From: Vicugna vicugna
Lineage: Eukaryota
Length of the DNA stretch: 64,000 bases
Direction of reading: 5' to 3'
NCBI GenBank assembly: GCA_013265495.1
Contig: MU059377.1
Span: 13,619,273 to 13,683,272, forward strand
Made by a program: the position numbers and the translations under genes. The notes under the pieces were generated by a model. It did no database searches and was not told the origin of the DNA. It saw nothing but the letters and a program-made list of their open reading frames with translations. This document shows positions 12,505-26,399 of this stretch, one piece after another (the stretch's first letter is position 1; each line of letters begins with the position of its first letter).

Positions 12505-15500
12505 GTGTTAACTGTAGTTATTTCTCAGCAGAAGGGATGGAATTTTCCAAAATATATTACGTTTTGCTTGCTGGTTGGTTTGTTTTTATTATGCTTTGCT
12601 TTTATAACTGGTTAAATAATGCGTGGGAGGAGGGTGTGGCAAACTTCTGGGAATAGAAGGATGTCTTCCAAAGGTGAGATAAAGCATTAGGTTCTTTCTA
12701 GCACCGCTGATGCAGAATTTATGTAAGTAATAATAATTCTGTCGTGTTGGTGTCATTTTGGCTCTGTGATCTTGGACAAGTCATTTCACCTTAACTTCAC
12801 CATATGCTAAATTGGGGCTTAAACAAGATGATGGCTTATATTTCTTTCCCCTTTAAAGTTCTAACTGTACATCTAAAGACTTAGTTTATGTGCCCATGTC
12901 TCCAAAACATCCACAGATGTGGGAGATGAGGAAGAGGAGTTTCTGAAGAGGTGAGCCCTACTAGGGGAATATTTGCATAACGCTGATACAGCAAGTGAAA
13001 AATGGACTGTGACAGATTAATGCTGGGAGGCTTGATCTGCTCAGTGTCTGGNNNNNNNNNNNNNNNNNNNNNNNNNNNNNNNNNNNNNNNNNNNNNNNNN
13101 NNNNNNNNNNNNNNNNNNNNNNNNNNNNNNNNNNNNNNNNNNNNNNNNNNNNNNNNNNNNNNNNNNNNNNNNNNNNNNNNNNNGGGCAGTCATTATGGAA
13201 GCACAGACCATCCACTGGGTTTGCCAAGCTTGGAGCTTTTATCCTGCCGGTGATAGAAATGGTAGGAATCCTCCCAATTCCAGATTATCTTTGCTCTGAA
13301 ATACACCAGTGGTTTCCACAGAGGTCCAAGAGGGATTGGCTCCCATGGACTTTACTGATGACAAAAGGATGTTCTAATTCTAGTTGGAGTTTGGACTCAG
13401 CACTGAGAGGTACTGGGAGTCCAAAGATGAAGGACAAGAACCTTCTGATAAAACTGTATTTACTTAATATTTTGTTTATATCCATCATGAAGGGACATAG
13501 GAATGACTCCACGTAGAGTTGTTTTGGAAAGCATTTAATGTAGCATCTTGAGGCATCATGTTTCAGGTTGAGAAGGAAAACTATTGATGTGTTCACATAT
13601 ATTGAGAACTAAACCCACCATGGGTCCTCAATAAATATCAAGCAATCAATCAATTCTCCAGCACAGAGATGCTTCCTGTTCCAAACATGCAGTCATGGAA
13701 AGGAGCTTGGCCTAAGACCTATCTCTCTTTTCCAAATGATGTGGTTCCAAACTCCAGGAAAAGTTCTGGGTGATGTTTTTCATCCTACAGCAACTGACGG
13801 CACAATCCTTGGCAGCCCTGGAAACAGTGACTTCCAGATCAAGACACCAAAGCAGTGAGGTTCTGCTATGCGTTGGTCAAACTTACAACTTAATGGAAAG
13901 AGAATCTTAAATTATCACTAGGCAGTTGATTGGAAGTGGCTGTACCTATTTTCAGAAATGCTCTAAGTAAAAATTGATGAGATTTTTAAAATGGAAATCT
14001 ATTGTATGGAACTCTTTAGCACTGAAAGCACTTGCTGGAAGATAGCCATAAACTGCATTTATTTGATTCAATTTTGCATCAATCAATATGCCTCAAAAAT
14101 GACATTCTGCATTTTTTATTTAATGATATATATATTATAAATTTTACCTCTAAGTGTTAGGAAAGAGAACATTAAGAATCCACTGTAATGGTTGACAAGC
14201 TACCAACAATTGTTAAACACTACAGTTGCAAAAATGATTACTACTAAAGCTTGAACATTTGCAGCTATCCACTTTTCAGTGTACAATACTGAGGTTTCAC
14301 CAAATGTGAAATTCACTTCTGAGGGTTTCACTTTTACACTGCCCTTTAAAATGATGCATATTTTAATGGTTCCTTGGGCACATATGATTTGTAAGACTGT
14401 TTCAGTTATAACTTAATAGATCTTTTGATGGACCATTTGTCTTTGGCTTTTGGAGAAGAGAACTAAAGTTATGTGATCATGTATGTTTTCTATTTAATAG
14501 CCATGTATCAAATCTCTACATACTTTTTAATGGAGTAGGATAATAATTTGATATATTAACCATATGAGGTTTTCTCCCTTTGCTTTTCTCTTTTTTTGCC
14601 CTGTGACCCTGCAAACCTCTCCCATTCAGGCCATTAGCCACATGGCCTCCACTGGAGGGCAATTTCAGAGTGGATGGGTGAACCAAGGGGCAAATTATGA
14701 CTTCTTAAATTCAAAAGCTGCTGATCATTGAGTAAGACAAAAGAAGTGATGAAGCTCAGACTGGACTAATCTCTCGGGTTCTACCCCTCACCCTCATCAA
14801 AATAATGATCCTTAGAGCTGTTAAGCAAAAGAGAGCTGAGAAGATTTGTGAGCAGCCATAAGTTGGGGGTGGATACTTTGCCTGGGTGGGGGATGGGTAA
14901 TTAGGGACTGAGAATTGGGCCTGTTTTCCATTGAGGGTACACAGAGGTGGCCAACCCCTTAGAATTCCTTTTGTCACCTCGCCACTGGAAAACAAACTAG
15001 ATGGCACACAGCAGTGGGAAGAGAGAGGGAAGAGAAAGGCAGTGTTCAGGAGGTCCAGAGGCCAGGGTAAGCAGTCACTACAGAAGGAGTCATGGCTTGT
15101 AGCTTTCAGCCACAGCTCTGATTGGGCATCAGTCACTGCAGCAGATGCCAGCAGAGAGGTGAAGACCGGCTAGGACTCAAAATACATGGAACATCTTAGC
15201 AGAGGGAGGAAGGTACAGATAGAAAGAGACCCAAGCACTTGCCACCTCCACAATACGCACCCCCTAAACTCACCCCAGACACCATATTGCTAAAGAAGAC
15301 TCAAGCCAACTTAGATGATTTGCTGCCAAGGAAGGCCCCTCAAACCCATAATTCTTTGCAGGAGAAGGATGGGAAAAGGAAACCCTTAAGAGACTGAATC
15401 TACCCTTAAAATGTCTGATCAAATATTAGAATTGACTAGATTGTGTTTTGGCTGTCAGATGAAGAGAGAGATTAAATGCAGCGAATGGAGCCAAGATTCT

Positions 15501-15681
15501 TACAAGCCTGCGCTGGAGAACTACACCTCTTCCATCAGTGTAACATGACATGAACACTCCTCTGAATGCATGCACAAATAAAAACAACATACTGTGTGGA
15601 AAACAGAGAGGCAAAGTAAACTGTGACTTAGTAAGATCATAAATTAAAGGTTTCTCCAGTGAGTGGAAAGTCACCAGGAGG

Positions 15682-15890
15682 CTGGGGTTCCAGTCTCAGC
15701 CCCACCACTCACTAGCCACGTAAACTCAGGTGAGTCATCTGGTCTTTCCCAGACTCTGTTTTCTCATCTGTAAAGTAGGGATAACACTGCTCTTTCTCAC
15801 AATGACTTGCACAGGGTCACAGTGAAGATCAAATAAGAAAGTGTGTGAATGTGCCTCCTAGGCCACACAACACTGTACAAACATAAGATA
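15682..15890 (+). mobile_element. MIR SINE
   Basis: ggttccagtctcagccccaccactcactagc ... ctctgttttctcatctgtaaagtagggataac matches the MIR core. Confidence 0.65.
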
Positions 15891-18800
15891 TTTCAACTAT
15901 TTCTTCCTGAACAACAGAAACACGAAGAGGTCAGTTCCAAGAGGCAACAAGAGCACTCGGCAGGGTACACCCAGTTCATTTAAATGGTCTGCCCTGAAGA
16001 TCCAAGAAGCAAAAGCTCACCTGAAATTTCAAACAATTTTTCTTAACTGGCATGTTGGTAGTCTGACTATTTTTCAACACTATGACTTTAGTCACATATA
16101 AATCTAGTAAGTGTGGAAAGCATGACATCTCCCCATCCACCTTCACCCCAAATGCCAGGGGAAAACCCTTGAAATTGATTTGGTCCAAACATGTGTTCCT
16201 CTTTCTTTTATGAGGCTGATTTCTTACTCTATCAAACTAGTTCTTCATATTAGAAGAATGTATTATAAAGTTAACAACTAATCTAAATAAGAAATGTCGA
16301 TCCTCTTACATTTCATCTCAAGGAAAGTAAATCAGATGCCAAGCAGCTATGAGACACTGCAAAGAAATGGGACCATAAAAAACAGGACTGGGTGATGGAT
16401 AAACAAAGTCTGGGAGTGGTGGTATGTGAATACAGAGGAATTATTCAGTGCTGGCCCCAACGCCTGTGTGGCCCACACACACGCCTGCCTGCGAGAGACC
16501 ATACACACACACACGGTTAACTTACAACAGCTCGGCCACACATACTCAGGCAGGTCTGTCTTTCCGTGCAATTAAAAATATTATAAAATTGTTTCTTGCA
16601 CATGTAATCTTTATTATATATTGCTTCACTATATAATGAAACTTTTATACATAAATATTACCGTACTTTATATGCATTATAAGGGGTTTTCAAGGATGAC
16701 TGGACTACACACATTTCTTGCCTTAAATACTGACTTTGGAGTCAAATCTCCATATAAAGTGGAACTTCATTACATAGCTTAGCGATCAGTTCTTGCAAAG
16801 CTGAACAAAATGTTAAACATGAAAGAATCATGCAACTCTCTAAGGTGGAGTTATCTTATCCACATTTACCCACCTTTGGAGAAGGAAATGGATTCCAAGT
16901 TTATTTGGAAGTGAATATCCATACTAGATTTACAGACCTCCTAGATAAGGTTTGCACCTCCTCTGGTAACCTGTTTATTTCACTTCCAGCTAACTCAATT
17001 CCAGGGCTAACACTGTATGTTCAAAATCCTTAGGAAATTGGCTTCCAGAAGCACTGGCTTCACCAGTGGAACAGAAGGTAGGGTGAGTAAGGCATCACAT
17101 GCACCACCAAGGCTTGACAGAGGACGGAGGTATCTGATTTGAAAACCAATCCATCTTTATCACATCCCAGGTAAGGATGCTAGACACACAATCCTCAGGA
17201 AGGGAAAGTGCATGCAAGAAGTCAGAAGACAATCTTCCGTGTCCTCTTTTGCATGTGCTAGCAGTCTCTGGAGACCCTATTGAATTTTGGGTGCGGCTAC
17301 TTCTACAAGTGCCACGATATGAAATTACTACTGACATTTTCAATAGGCAAAATGGGATAAAATCGGCTTTTCTCAGGCCTTTCAAACTGGTTACCTAAAC
17401 ATCAGCAAATTCAGGAATTAGTGACTGGAACAGGTATTCCCAGCCCAGGAAAGACTCAAGATAGACACCACATGTTCTTCACACCCAAAGAAGGCAAGTG
17501 GAAGATGACGGCAGCCAGCAGCATCAGTTCTGTCCCTAGCAGTGTCATCTGTGGCCAAACCAAGCCCGAAAGCGTCATCTCCAGAAATGCCAGGGCCATA
17601 AGCTCCGCCAGCGCCAGCCCCTCGGGAACAGGCTTGTTGCAGGTACCTGGTTCAGTGTGTCCCTGTTGATTAGGTTTTTAAAATAGTTACCTAAAACACA
17701 AATTTTCACACTCTTTTCTATGGAGTAGTGGGGGTTTCAAGCAGCAAAGAGGAGGCCAGTGGGTCCTCCTCTAACCAAAACATTTCCACTTTTATCTGTT
17801 TTATATTTTGGGATTTTGCTTAAGATTTCATTTTTTAAAAAAGTTCTACTGTTCACAAAAAACTTAAAAATCACTGATCTAAAGTGTGCTTCCAACTATT
17901 ATATTTTCTGCTTCACTTGGACCTAAGGTGATGACACCCCCAAGGTGATGAGTTTCATAGGTTAATGATGCATAGACTTAAAGAGTATATCCTTGAATCA
18001 ATTTTCAGTGGAAGCCTTTTGACTTAATTGAATACTGTCTGGGCCATGAATTATGAGAGAACAAACCAGAAACACCTGTATGGCAATGCATTCCTTCGAC
18101 GTCTGTCATTTCTCCCCTGCTATGCCTCATTCTGGCTAAATGCTATAAGCCGGTAACTTCCAATTGGTTTTATGTATCATTTTCCATCCTTTAATATTTC
18201 AGTTTCTTTCTTATAAGTCTTAGTAAAATACAAAGTTAGCTTCCTTCTGCTCTCCAAACCAGGAAGTTCTTAACCTTCCCTCTTCTTGCTGGTCAGTCTT
18301 GCTGGTTGCAAACTTCTTTTCCAGCCAATATTGGATGGTGAATTAGAGATATGAGAACAATCTTCACAGTTCCTCTAAGAGTGAAACTAAAATGTCCCTC
18401 AAAGATCAGAGTAAGGTCCCGTAGTTTTAGCACTTTTCCTGGCAGCAGGAAAAAGAAAGGTCTTCCATACATGCACGCGTGATCCTGATACATGGTTCCT
18501 GGAGCTCATCAATCGCTGGCCAGGTTTTCCACCACTTTCAGCGTTCAGCTCTTGGCATATGAGGAGTCATGTTCCATGTGGAGACTTATTCTATAGACTG
18601 AGTGACCCCATAAGAGGCAGAAAGCTTGATACTTGTTTTGAGGGGAGAGCTTCATTTGGAAGAGACCAGCTGTCATAGAGGAAATGCTCTCTGGCTTCAA
18701 TGAGGGAATCTCTACTCCCCTTGGAGTCAGGTCACTTACAAGATCCCCCTACTAGTCCTGCACAAGAATGTTCCGTGCCAACGACCAGACACCCGGGCAG

Positions 18801-20744
18801 AGAGGCATATACAACTCCATAGCAGGTCATTCTGAAGAGGAAACTATAGTCAGGCAGAGAAGGAGGGGTGCCTCCTTATCACAAAGGCTCCTTTGATAGA
18901 ATCAAGCACACTTGACTGGTTGATGAACCTCGGGCCTCCCAAAGCCACCCTCAACACAAACCGCTCTCTGTGCATTCCTACCCTCTGAGGACCGGCTGAG
19001 AGAGCTCCACGAAGCTGGAGCTTACAGCATCCTTCTAGAGCATTCTCCCAGGGCTTTGCCAGCTACAGCACTGCTTATGGCCCCTGGTTCTGCCAGGGCC
19101 ACAGAAGACAGGCCTGTAGAACAGCAAAGCCCCAGAGTGGGGGAAAAAAGAGCCCACAAGACCCAGCTCTTGACCCTGTCAGCGATGGAGCCAACCAAGC
19201 TGTTTCCACCCACCAGGCCAAACCCAGAAAAAAGTGTTTGGCTGGACATGGTATTGAGTTTTTCTGTTGGCTTCTCAGGTTGACCCATTGACCAAATATG
19301 ATACCTCACCACTGCTTGGGATTTTGCAAGTTTACAATTCATATAGAAGAAACATTGTTATATAAACCTTGCCAAGACTATAGGCCTTTTAAATTCCCAA
19401 CTAAGAAGCTGAAGAAATTTATGGCAGTGTTGCTAGATGGGGAGGCCAAGTAAACTCACAATGTTGATCTTAGGTCTGTTTAAATTTCTCTTGCCTTCTG
19501 GCACTTTAAGAAGTAGTGGAAAGAAATCATTTACTCATAGGTGCATTAAGCGTTTGGAAACACGGGGGTACCAGGGAAGAGCATTAGGAAGGTAATTGAT
19601 GTGCCACATGTGGTCCTGGCCTGTGGAGGGCAGAATTTCACTCCAACACCATAGCCGTTTCTGTCCCGGGTGGCACAAAAACCTAACAGTACCTTCATGC
19701 AATAAATAGAGTGAATTATGCAGAGGCTCAGTTTTCCTACCAGTGAAGCCTTGGTAATTAACCAGCCTCCTGCTGCACCCCCATAAAAGGACACACTGCT
19801 TGGAAACAGAGCTGGTCATCATATAAGGAAGATCCAGTTGTCCTCAAAGTATAAGGACGTGGCTTTTTTATGCGGGTTTCCTTGGCTCCTTTGTGATTAG
19901 CTCTGGGTCTCTCTTCTGCTTTTTGGGTCTGTAATGACGGCAGGATTAGCAACAGGAGTCGCTCAATCTCAGATCCTTTTAGGACGGTAGCTGGAGGAGA
20001 ATGAGTTGAACCCTAAAGAGAAAAATCCGCATTTAGCAAACGGCTCAGCATTCATCCTGCACACTGCAGGTCTCTGTGGGAGAATCTGGGATTCAATCGG
20101 CAATGAATGCTTTCGTCCAAAGGCTGTGCTTCTGCACGCCTCATGGAGGAGGGTGAGGCCAAAATGCTGCAGAATCTTCACGTCCTGCCCAGAGTTGGAA
20201 GCGAAATNNNNNNNNNNNNNNNNNNNNNNNNNNNNNNNNNNNNNNNNNNNNNNNNNNNNNNNNNNNNNNNNNNNNNNNNNNNNNNNNNNNNNNNNNNNNN
20301 NNNNNNNNNNNNNNNNNNNNNNNNNNNNNNNNNNNNNNNNNNNNNNNNNNNNNNNNNNNNNNNGCTAATTGTGCGCCCCTAACGTTCATGGCTATAGGAA
20401 TTTTCTGGATATGACGCCTAACCCTTATCTACCCTCCTCCCACCGTCTCCATTTTAGTGCTCACTTGTGTGTAATCTGAGTATTTTATATAGGAAAAACT
20501 TGCTGGAGTTGAAAGTAGAGGAAAATATGCCTTAATAGAATTTATAATTTAACAACCCAATAAGTCAGGCTAGAATTTATTGAAACAACCTCTCCTAAGA
20601 ATCTTCCATACTCTGACTTCCACAATCAGTGACCTAGATCTTTAAAAGAAAAAGAAAAGAAAAGAAAAGCATGCCTCAGAAATTTTTTTTTCTAGCTGAA
20701 GAAAGCTGAACTTATTTAACGTTTGTAGGGTTATTTATAGACAA

Positions 20745-20815
20745 AGAGGGTAATGAAATAAAGAGAAAGAAAAGAAAGAAAAGAAAGGAAAGAAAGAAAG
20801 AAAGAAGACAAAACA
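20745..20815. repeat. (GAAA/GAAAA)n purine-rich simple repeat
   Basis: aaagagaaagaaaagaaagaaaagaaaggaaagaaagaaagaaagaagac is directly visible. Confidence 0.85.
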
Positions 20816-21964
20816 AAGGTCTTGGTTTCTAATTTCCCTGTAGCAGGAATGACTTACTTCTGTTTTCATTCTCTCTAGTCTCCACCCTACTCCCATTAAG
20901 TTCTTGGATTTGTGTATCTTTAGATGCAGGCACTCGAATGCTTTCTTCACTCAGGAAGTTATTCTCCTCACGCCTTGTGAGGTCTTGGAACAAAAATTAG
21001 TTGAGAAAGAAACAACTGCTGCTTCTCTGTCCAGAAAAAAAAATTACATTGCATCATGGAGCTCAAAAAACTTTGGTGGCTTTTTTGTGTGTGTAGCGTG
21101 GGGCAGGGGGTGGGTGAAGATAGCATTGAGTGGGGGGCAGGGAGAAAGGCAGAAGGGGAGAGGAAGCTCCTGTCCTACATGGGTAATCTTCTCCTTAGGG
21201 GAACACAGGGGCCAACAGTTACTGCCTGCAAACGTGGTTTGTCGGGGAACAAAACAATCACGAAGAGTGTTTGGGTGCAACCGCCTAAGTCAGAACATGT
21301 GGTGTTTGTGCCTTTAAGGATTTTGAGTCTCTTTTTTGTCGAATTTCTTTGTGTTATCCCCACTCTCACTCCTACTAACCCCCCACCCCCACCCCCAATA
21401 CTAAGGCTTCTCTCAGTGACAAACAGAAATATTTTACGAAAAGTAGGTTTTGTACTCAGAACGTTCACAGCTCACTCCCTTGAAGGAGGGGAAACACGGT
21501 TTGGAAAGACCTCCTTTATTGGTCCATAAATCATGGTCACCATGTCTGACCCAGCCGCTGGGGTGCCTGGGGTCACGGGACCCTTTCAGAGTTGAGACGC
21601 TCTGAAGCTTCTCTTTTTTGCTGGGCTCTTAATCAACCCTCCAAAGGCAGAAAGAACATCAAACAACTAAGACCTCGGAGAAGGATTGGTGGTTGAAATG
21701 ACTCAGCCTCTGCCTGAGAAAAAGAATTTCTTAGAGATTCAATCCCGTTGTAAGTGGTTTTTTGGATTATCTGGAGACAGAGGAGCGACTGACAAGGGAA
21801 AATGAAGAGATTGTTCCAAACAATACACATGAGTTAAAACCAGGAGCAAAGACAGTAAATGTCAACCCCTCTGACTGAGTTCCCTCCTTCTGATAATAAA
21901 GGTAATAGTCACCGCTCCCTAGTGATTCTGAGAGGACTCATGGGTGATGCTCAGTCTCCCAGTC

Positions 21965-22352
21965 AGTCTGCCAGGTCAGATTCTGGCTCTTTGGACCTCA
22001 ATTTTTCTCATCTGTAAAACAGTGATAATTATATTCTCCACCTTACAGTGCCGTTGTGAGAATTCAATGAGAAAAGACAGGCAGTGTGTTTAGAATAGCC
22101 GGGTATATAGTAAGTGCTCAATAAAAGCTAGCTATGAACAGAACACAGGTCGAGCTCCTAGCATGATATCTAGGCCCCCAATAAAAGCTGATTTCCCTAC
22201 CCACAATTCTGAATTACCTAAGCCCATACAAAATGAAGCACCATGAAATAATTACCAATCAAATCTGGGTTCAAATCCTGACTTCTTTACTCATTAACTA
22301 CATGATCTTGGAGAAATTACTCTCTATGAGCTTTGGTTTTCTTCTCTAAACT
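21965..22352 (+). mobile_element. Two MIR SINE fragments (~21965-22140 and ~22258-22352)
   Basis: ctcaatttttctcatctgtaaaacagtgataat ... gtaagtgctcaataaaagctagctat, and ctgggttcaaatcctgacttc ... catgatcttggagaaattact. Confidence 0.6.
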
Positions 22353-23114
22353 AGAGAACCTCACAAGGTAGCTACAGACAAAATCAATGGGTCCACAGAG
22401 GGAAACGTTTCATTTGATGGTGATGACTGGCTTAGAAGCTGTCAGAAGCCAAAGACAGACACTCAGTGTTCATTGGCCTGATAAAATAAGCATGGACTGA
22501 ATTCCCACTGTGGCCGGGTGCTTCAATATTAGGTACTGAAGATATAAAGGTGAATTCACATAGTCTTGCCTCAACGAACTTCAAGCCCAGGGAAGGAGAC
22601 ACAGAAGGAATCATTTAAATTTCTGTGGCTCTTGGTCTCGTCAAAGCATAGTCACAAGATCAGAGAAGACTTGATAACATACTTTTCCCTTGCCTGATAC
22701 ATCTTTCTCCAGGTTTTCACCTAAGTTTCCCCTACTATCCTTCAGCTTTCAGACTGGACTTTGCTTGGTCAAGGAAGCTTTCACGAACTCCAAGATGTTA
22801 CACAATGTGAAGGCACTTCATGTTTCCCACTCAATACTCATCACATATTTAATGGCTTGTTCATTACATTCCCCACTACCTCAGCCCACTAGTATTTTCA
22901 GGGCTGTGTTAAACTCATTCACTTGGAAAATGCAGTATAAATCTTTTACACACAAAGAACTGATAAGCTACCTAAAGCTGAATGAACTGAATATGAGGTG
23001 AATCAAATATTCTAAGACCTCCCGAGGGCCTCAGTGTCTAGCCTCTGGTCTGAGGGACCTGGAGGCAATTCTGTGATCATTCACACAATCCAATGAGTCA
23101 AGAATTACTTTGAG

Positions 23115-24478
23115 AACCCAGAAGTAAATCCACTCATAGATGGCCAAATAATTTTCAGCAAGGGTGACAAGACCTTCAGTGGGGAAGAGACTGTCTTTTC
23201 AAAAGATAGTGCTGGGAAAACTGGATATTCACATGCGAAATAGTGACCTTGGATCCTCACCTTATATCCTATATCAAAATTAACTCAAAATGGATCAAAG
23301 ACCAAAATGTCAGAGCTAAAAATATAAAACTCTTAGGAGAAAATATAGGGAAAGCTTCTTGACATTGGATTTGACAATGATTTTTGGATATGACACCAAA
23401 GGTACAGACAACAAAGGGAAAAAATAGATAAACTGGATTTCATGAAAATTTAAAAATTCTGTGCATCAGAGGATACTATAAAGAGAGTGAAAAGGTAACC
23501 CAAGGAATGGGCGAAAACAGTTGCAAATCGTATCTCGGATGAGGGGTTAATATCCAGAATATATTGAACTTTAACAACTCAATAACAACAACAATAAAAA
23601 AAAATGAACCTGATTTTAAAATGGGGAAAGGACTTGAACAGACATTTCTTCAAAGAAGATATAACAAATGGCCAATAAGCACATGAAAAGATGATCAACA
23701 TGACTAGTCACTAGGGAAATAAATGCAAATCTGTACCACTTCACACCACTAANNNNNNNNNNNNNNNNNNNNNNNNNNNNNNNNNNNNNNNNNNNNNNNN
23801 NNNNNNNNNNNNNNNNNNNNNNNNNNNNNNNNNNNNNNNNNNNNNNNNNNNNNNNNNNNNNNNNNNNNNNNNNNNNNNNNNNNNNNNNNNNNNNNNNNNN
23901 NNNNNNNNNNNNNNNNNNNNNNNNATTCCTCTAGGTATATATCCAAAATAATTCAAAGCAGGATCTTGAAGAGATATGTGTACACTGAGATCCATATTAG
24001 CATTATTCACAATAGCCAAAAGGTAGAAGCAACCCAAGTGTCCACTATGAATGAATGGATAAAGAAAACATAATATATATATAGAATGAATATTATTAGT
24101 CTTAAAAAGGAAGGACATCCTGACACATGACACAACACGAATGAAACCTGAGGATATTTAAGCTAGGTGAAAAAAGCCAATCACAAAAGGACAAATGCTG
24201 TATAATTCCATTCATATGGGCACCTAGAGTAGTCAAATTCACAGAGACAGAAAGTAGAACAATCTTTGCCAGGGGCCAGGGGAAGAGGAAAACTGGGAGT
24301 TATTGCTTAATGAGTCTAGCGTTGCAATTTCAGAAGATGAAAAAAGTTCTGGATATAGATGGTAGGGATGATTGTACAGCAATGTGAATATACTTAATGC
24401 CTTTGACCTTGTCAGTTAAAAATGGTTATAATGATAAATACTATGTTATGTAATTTTTTTATCACATTTTTAAAAAGT
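23115..24478 (+). mobile_element. Older L1 (L1MB-like) ORF2 3' region and 3' UTR
   Basis: Decayed ORF2 motifs (ccagaagtaaatcc..., gtgctgggaaaactggatattcacatgc, aactcaaaatggatcaaagac) and an L1MB-type 3' end (gagacagaaagtagaac ... gaagatgaaaaaagttctggatatagatggtagggatgattgtacagcaatgtgaatatacttaatgcc). Contains an N-block at 23753-23924. Confidence 0.88.
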
Positions 24479-26099
24479 GAAATAGAAGATCTACTTTGAA
24501 CTAAAAGCATTTTGGTAATGAAAGAAATCTGAGAATCCCACCCCAGGTTTGAAGTCTGAAGTTGTTCTCCGTAAGGGTGAAGTCAGTTTTCTTTGAAAAG
24601 CTGAAAGGCCGTATCAGTTCAAGCAGACAGGTGAGGAGACGGCAGGAGGAAGCTTGATGTTTGGAGAGAGGCTGGAGTTTGGCAAATCCAAAGACACTGG
24701 TCTTCAGAAACTTCACTTCCTGTTTCTTTAGATATTCTTGTCTTTTTCAGGGAAATGAACTCCATCTGGTCTGAGTCATCAGCACTTCTTGAAATGTTTG
24801 CTTTGAAGAGCTTGTTGATGTGCAAGACAACCTTAGCCTCCTCTTATCTCCTTTGTTTTTAATGAAAGAGGCTCTGTGATTGGCCAGAAGACTATAAAGC
24901 CAGCAAGACTCAAATTCATATCCAAAACTCAGGCCTGTGGAGTTTGAACATTTTCAAAACTTGGCCCAGAGGGAAAAACTCTGTAAGGAAATCTGCAGAA
25001 GAGAAGTTGCAGAAGTGTCTGAAAAACGAGCTGGGATAGACTCTAACTCCTTAAGCAGGAGAAAGAAAGGAGGCCAGTTTCCAGGTCTTGCCTCTTAGTT
25101 GCTTGGCTCATGTTCACAGGGGCACAGTCTACGGAAGAGTAGCCCACCAGGCTAGCGCTCAGGGTGCATGTGCAAACAGCTCAGTCCAGGAAGGCCATCT
25201 TAAATGGAAAACAAGCTAGAAAGTGGGAGGACTACCAGTGTGCCAGCAGGAAACTCTTAACTGTGGGAAATGGTCTTTTAAAAGATGAACCAAATCTATT
25301 AATGATTCTTCATACTTCACTTTGTGAGAGTCAAGGAACCTCTACAGTTTACTGGCCTCATTTGAGGGACCAGTGAATGGCCTTTGGTTACTTGGCCCAA
25401 AGTACGTGCATCGAAGTTGCCCCCAGTGAGTAGCAACGGGAGATGCTAAATATATTTGTCCCAGGGACAATGTCAACTTTTAGAAAGCCAGCTATTTCTA
25501 AACCTGAAAACAGAACTCATCCAGCTGTGGATTTTGGCCTATTTCCATATGGATTATCTAAGAATAATTTTTCTTAGAGCAGTTACTTTTTGACCTGTTT
25601 TATATGGGGGTTGCCCTCATATTTGGGCATATTTGCCTCATTAAGAGGCACTTTAAGACTCACAGCCAGGGAAAATCTTCCCATAGGAGGCGCCCGTGGA
25701 GGGGTGGGCAGTGCATGATGGGGGACAAATGTAGCAAAATGTGAAGAATGGATTTTTTTCCCCAGAGTCATGTACAAAACTTGCTTAGAGAAGCAGCAGG
25801 ACGAAGAAATAGCAATTCACTGCTCAACCCTAAGGGAAGGTGATGCTTAGAGCTGAGTCACTCTGATTTGGTCCATAAAGGGAGCTGTGTAAATGCCCTG
25901 TGGTTGCAGGACTAGTGAGATCTCCAAGCTCTGAGAGAGATGAGTATCACTATGAACGACTTTCAAGGAACTTCACAGATTCTCCTCACTTAACAGGATG
26001 CAGTTCTTCATTATATTTGCTTGTTATTATTTACAATAGTTAAATGTGTATTCTTATTCTTCTTATATATACATTTTTATTTGCTAGATGGCAAACATT

Positions 26100-26330
26100 T
26101 ACAAACCACTTACTATGTACCAGGTACTGTTTCAAGTGAACACATTTCATCTTCAGAATGATCTCATATGGTAGGTATTATTAGTATTATCCCCATTTTA
26201 TAGATGAGAAAACTGAGTCACAGAGAGGTTATGTGCCAAACTCAGAGTCACACAGTTTTTAAGTACTGGTTTTGAAATATGACCCCAGGCAATCTAGCCT
26301 GAGTTCACAAACTTTGACCCTCAGCTGCCT
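26100..26330 (-). mobile_element. MIR SINE
   Basis: cttactatgtaccaggtactg ... tattatccccattttatagatgagaaaactgagtcacagagaggtta is a clear antisense MIR core. Confidence 0.75.
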
Positions 26331-26361
26331 CTCAATTATGCATTATTATATTCCCAATCCA

Positions 26362-26399
26362 CACACACACACACATACACACACACACAAACACATACA
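26362..26399. repeat. Imperfect (CA)n microsatellite
   Basis: cacacacacacacacatacacacacacacaaacacatacac is directly visible. Confidence 0.9.
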
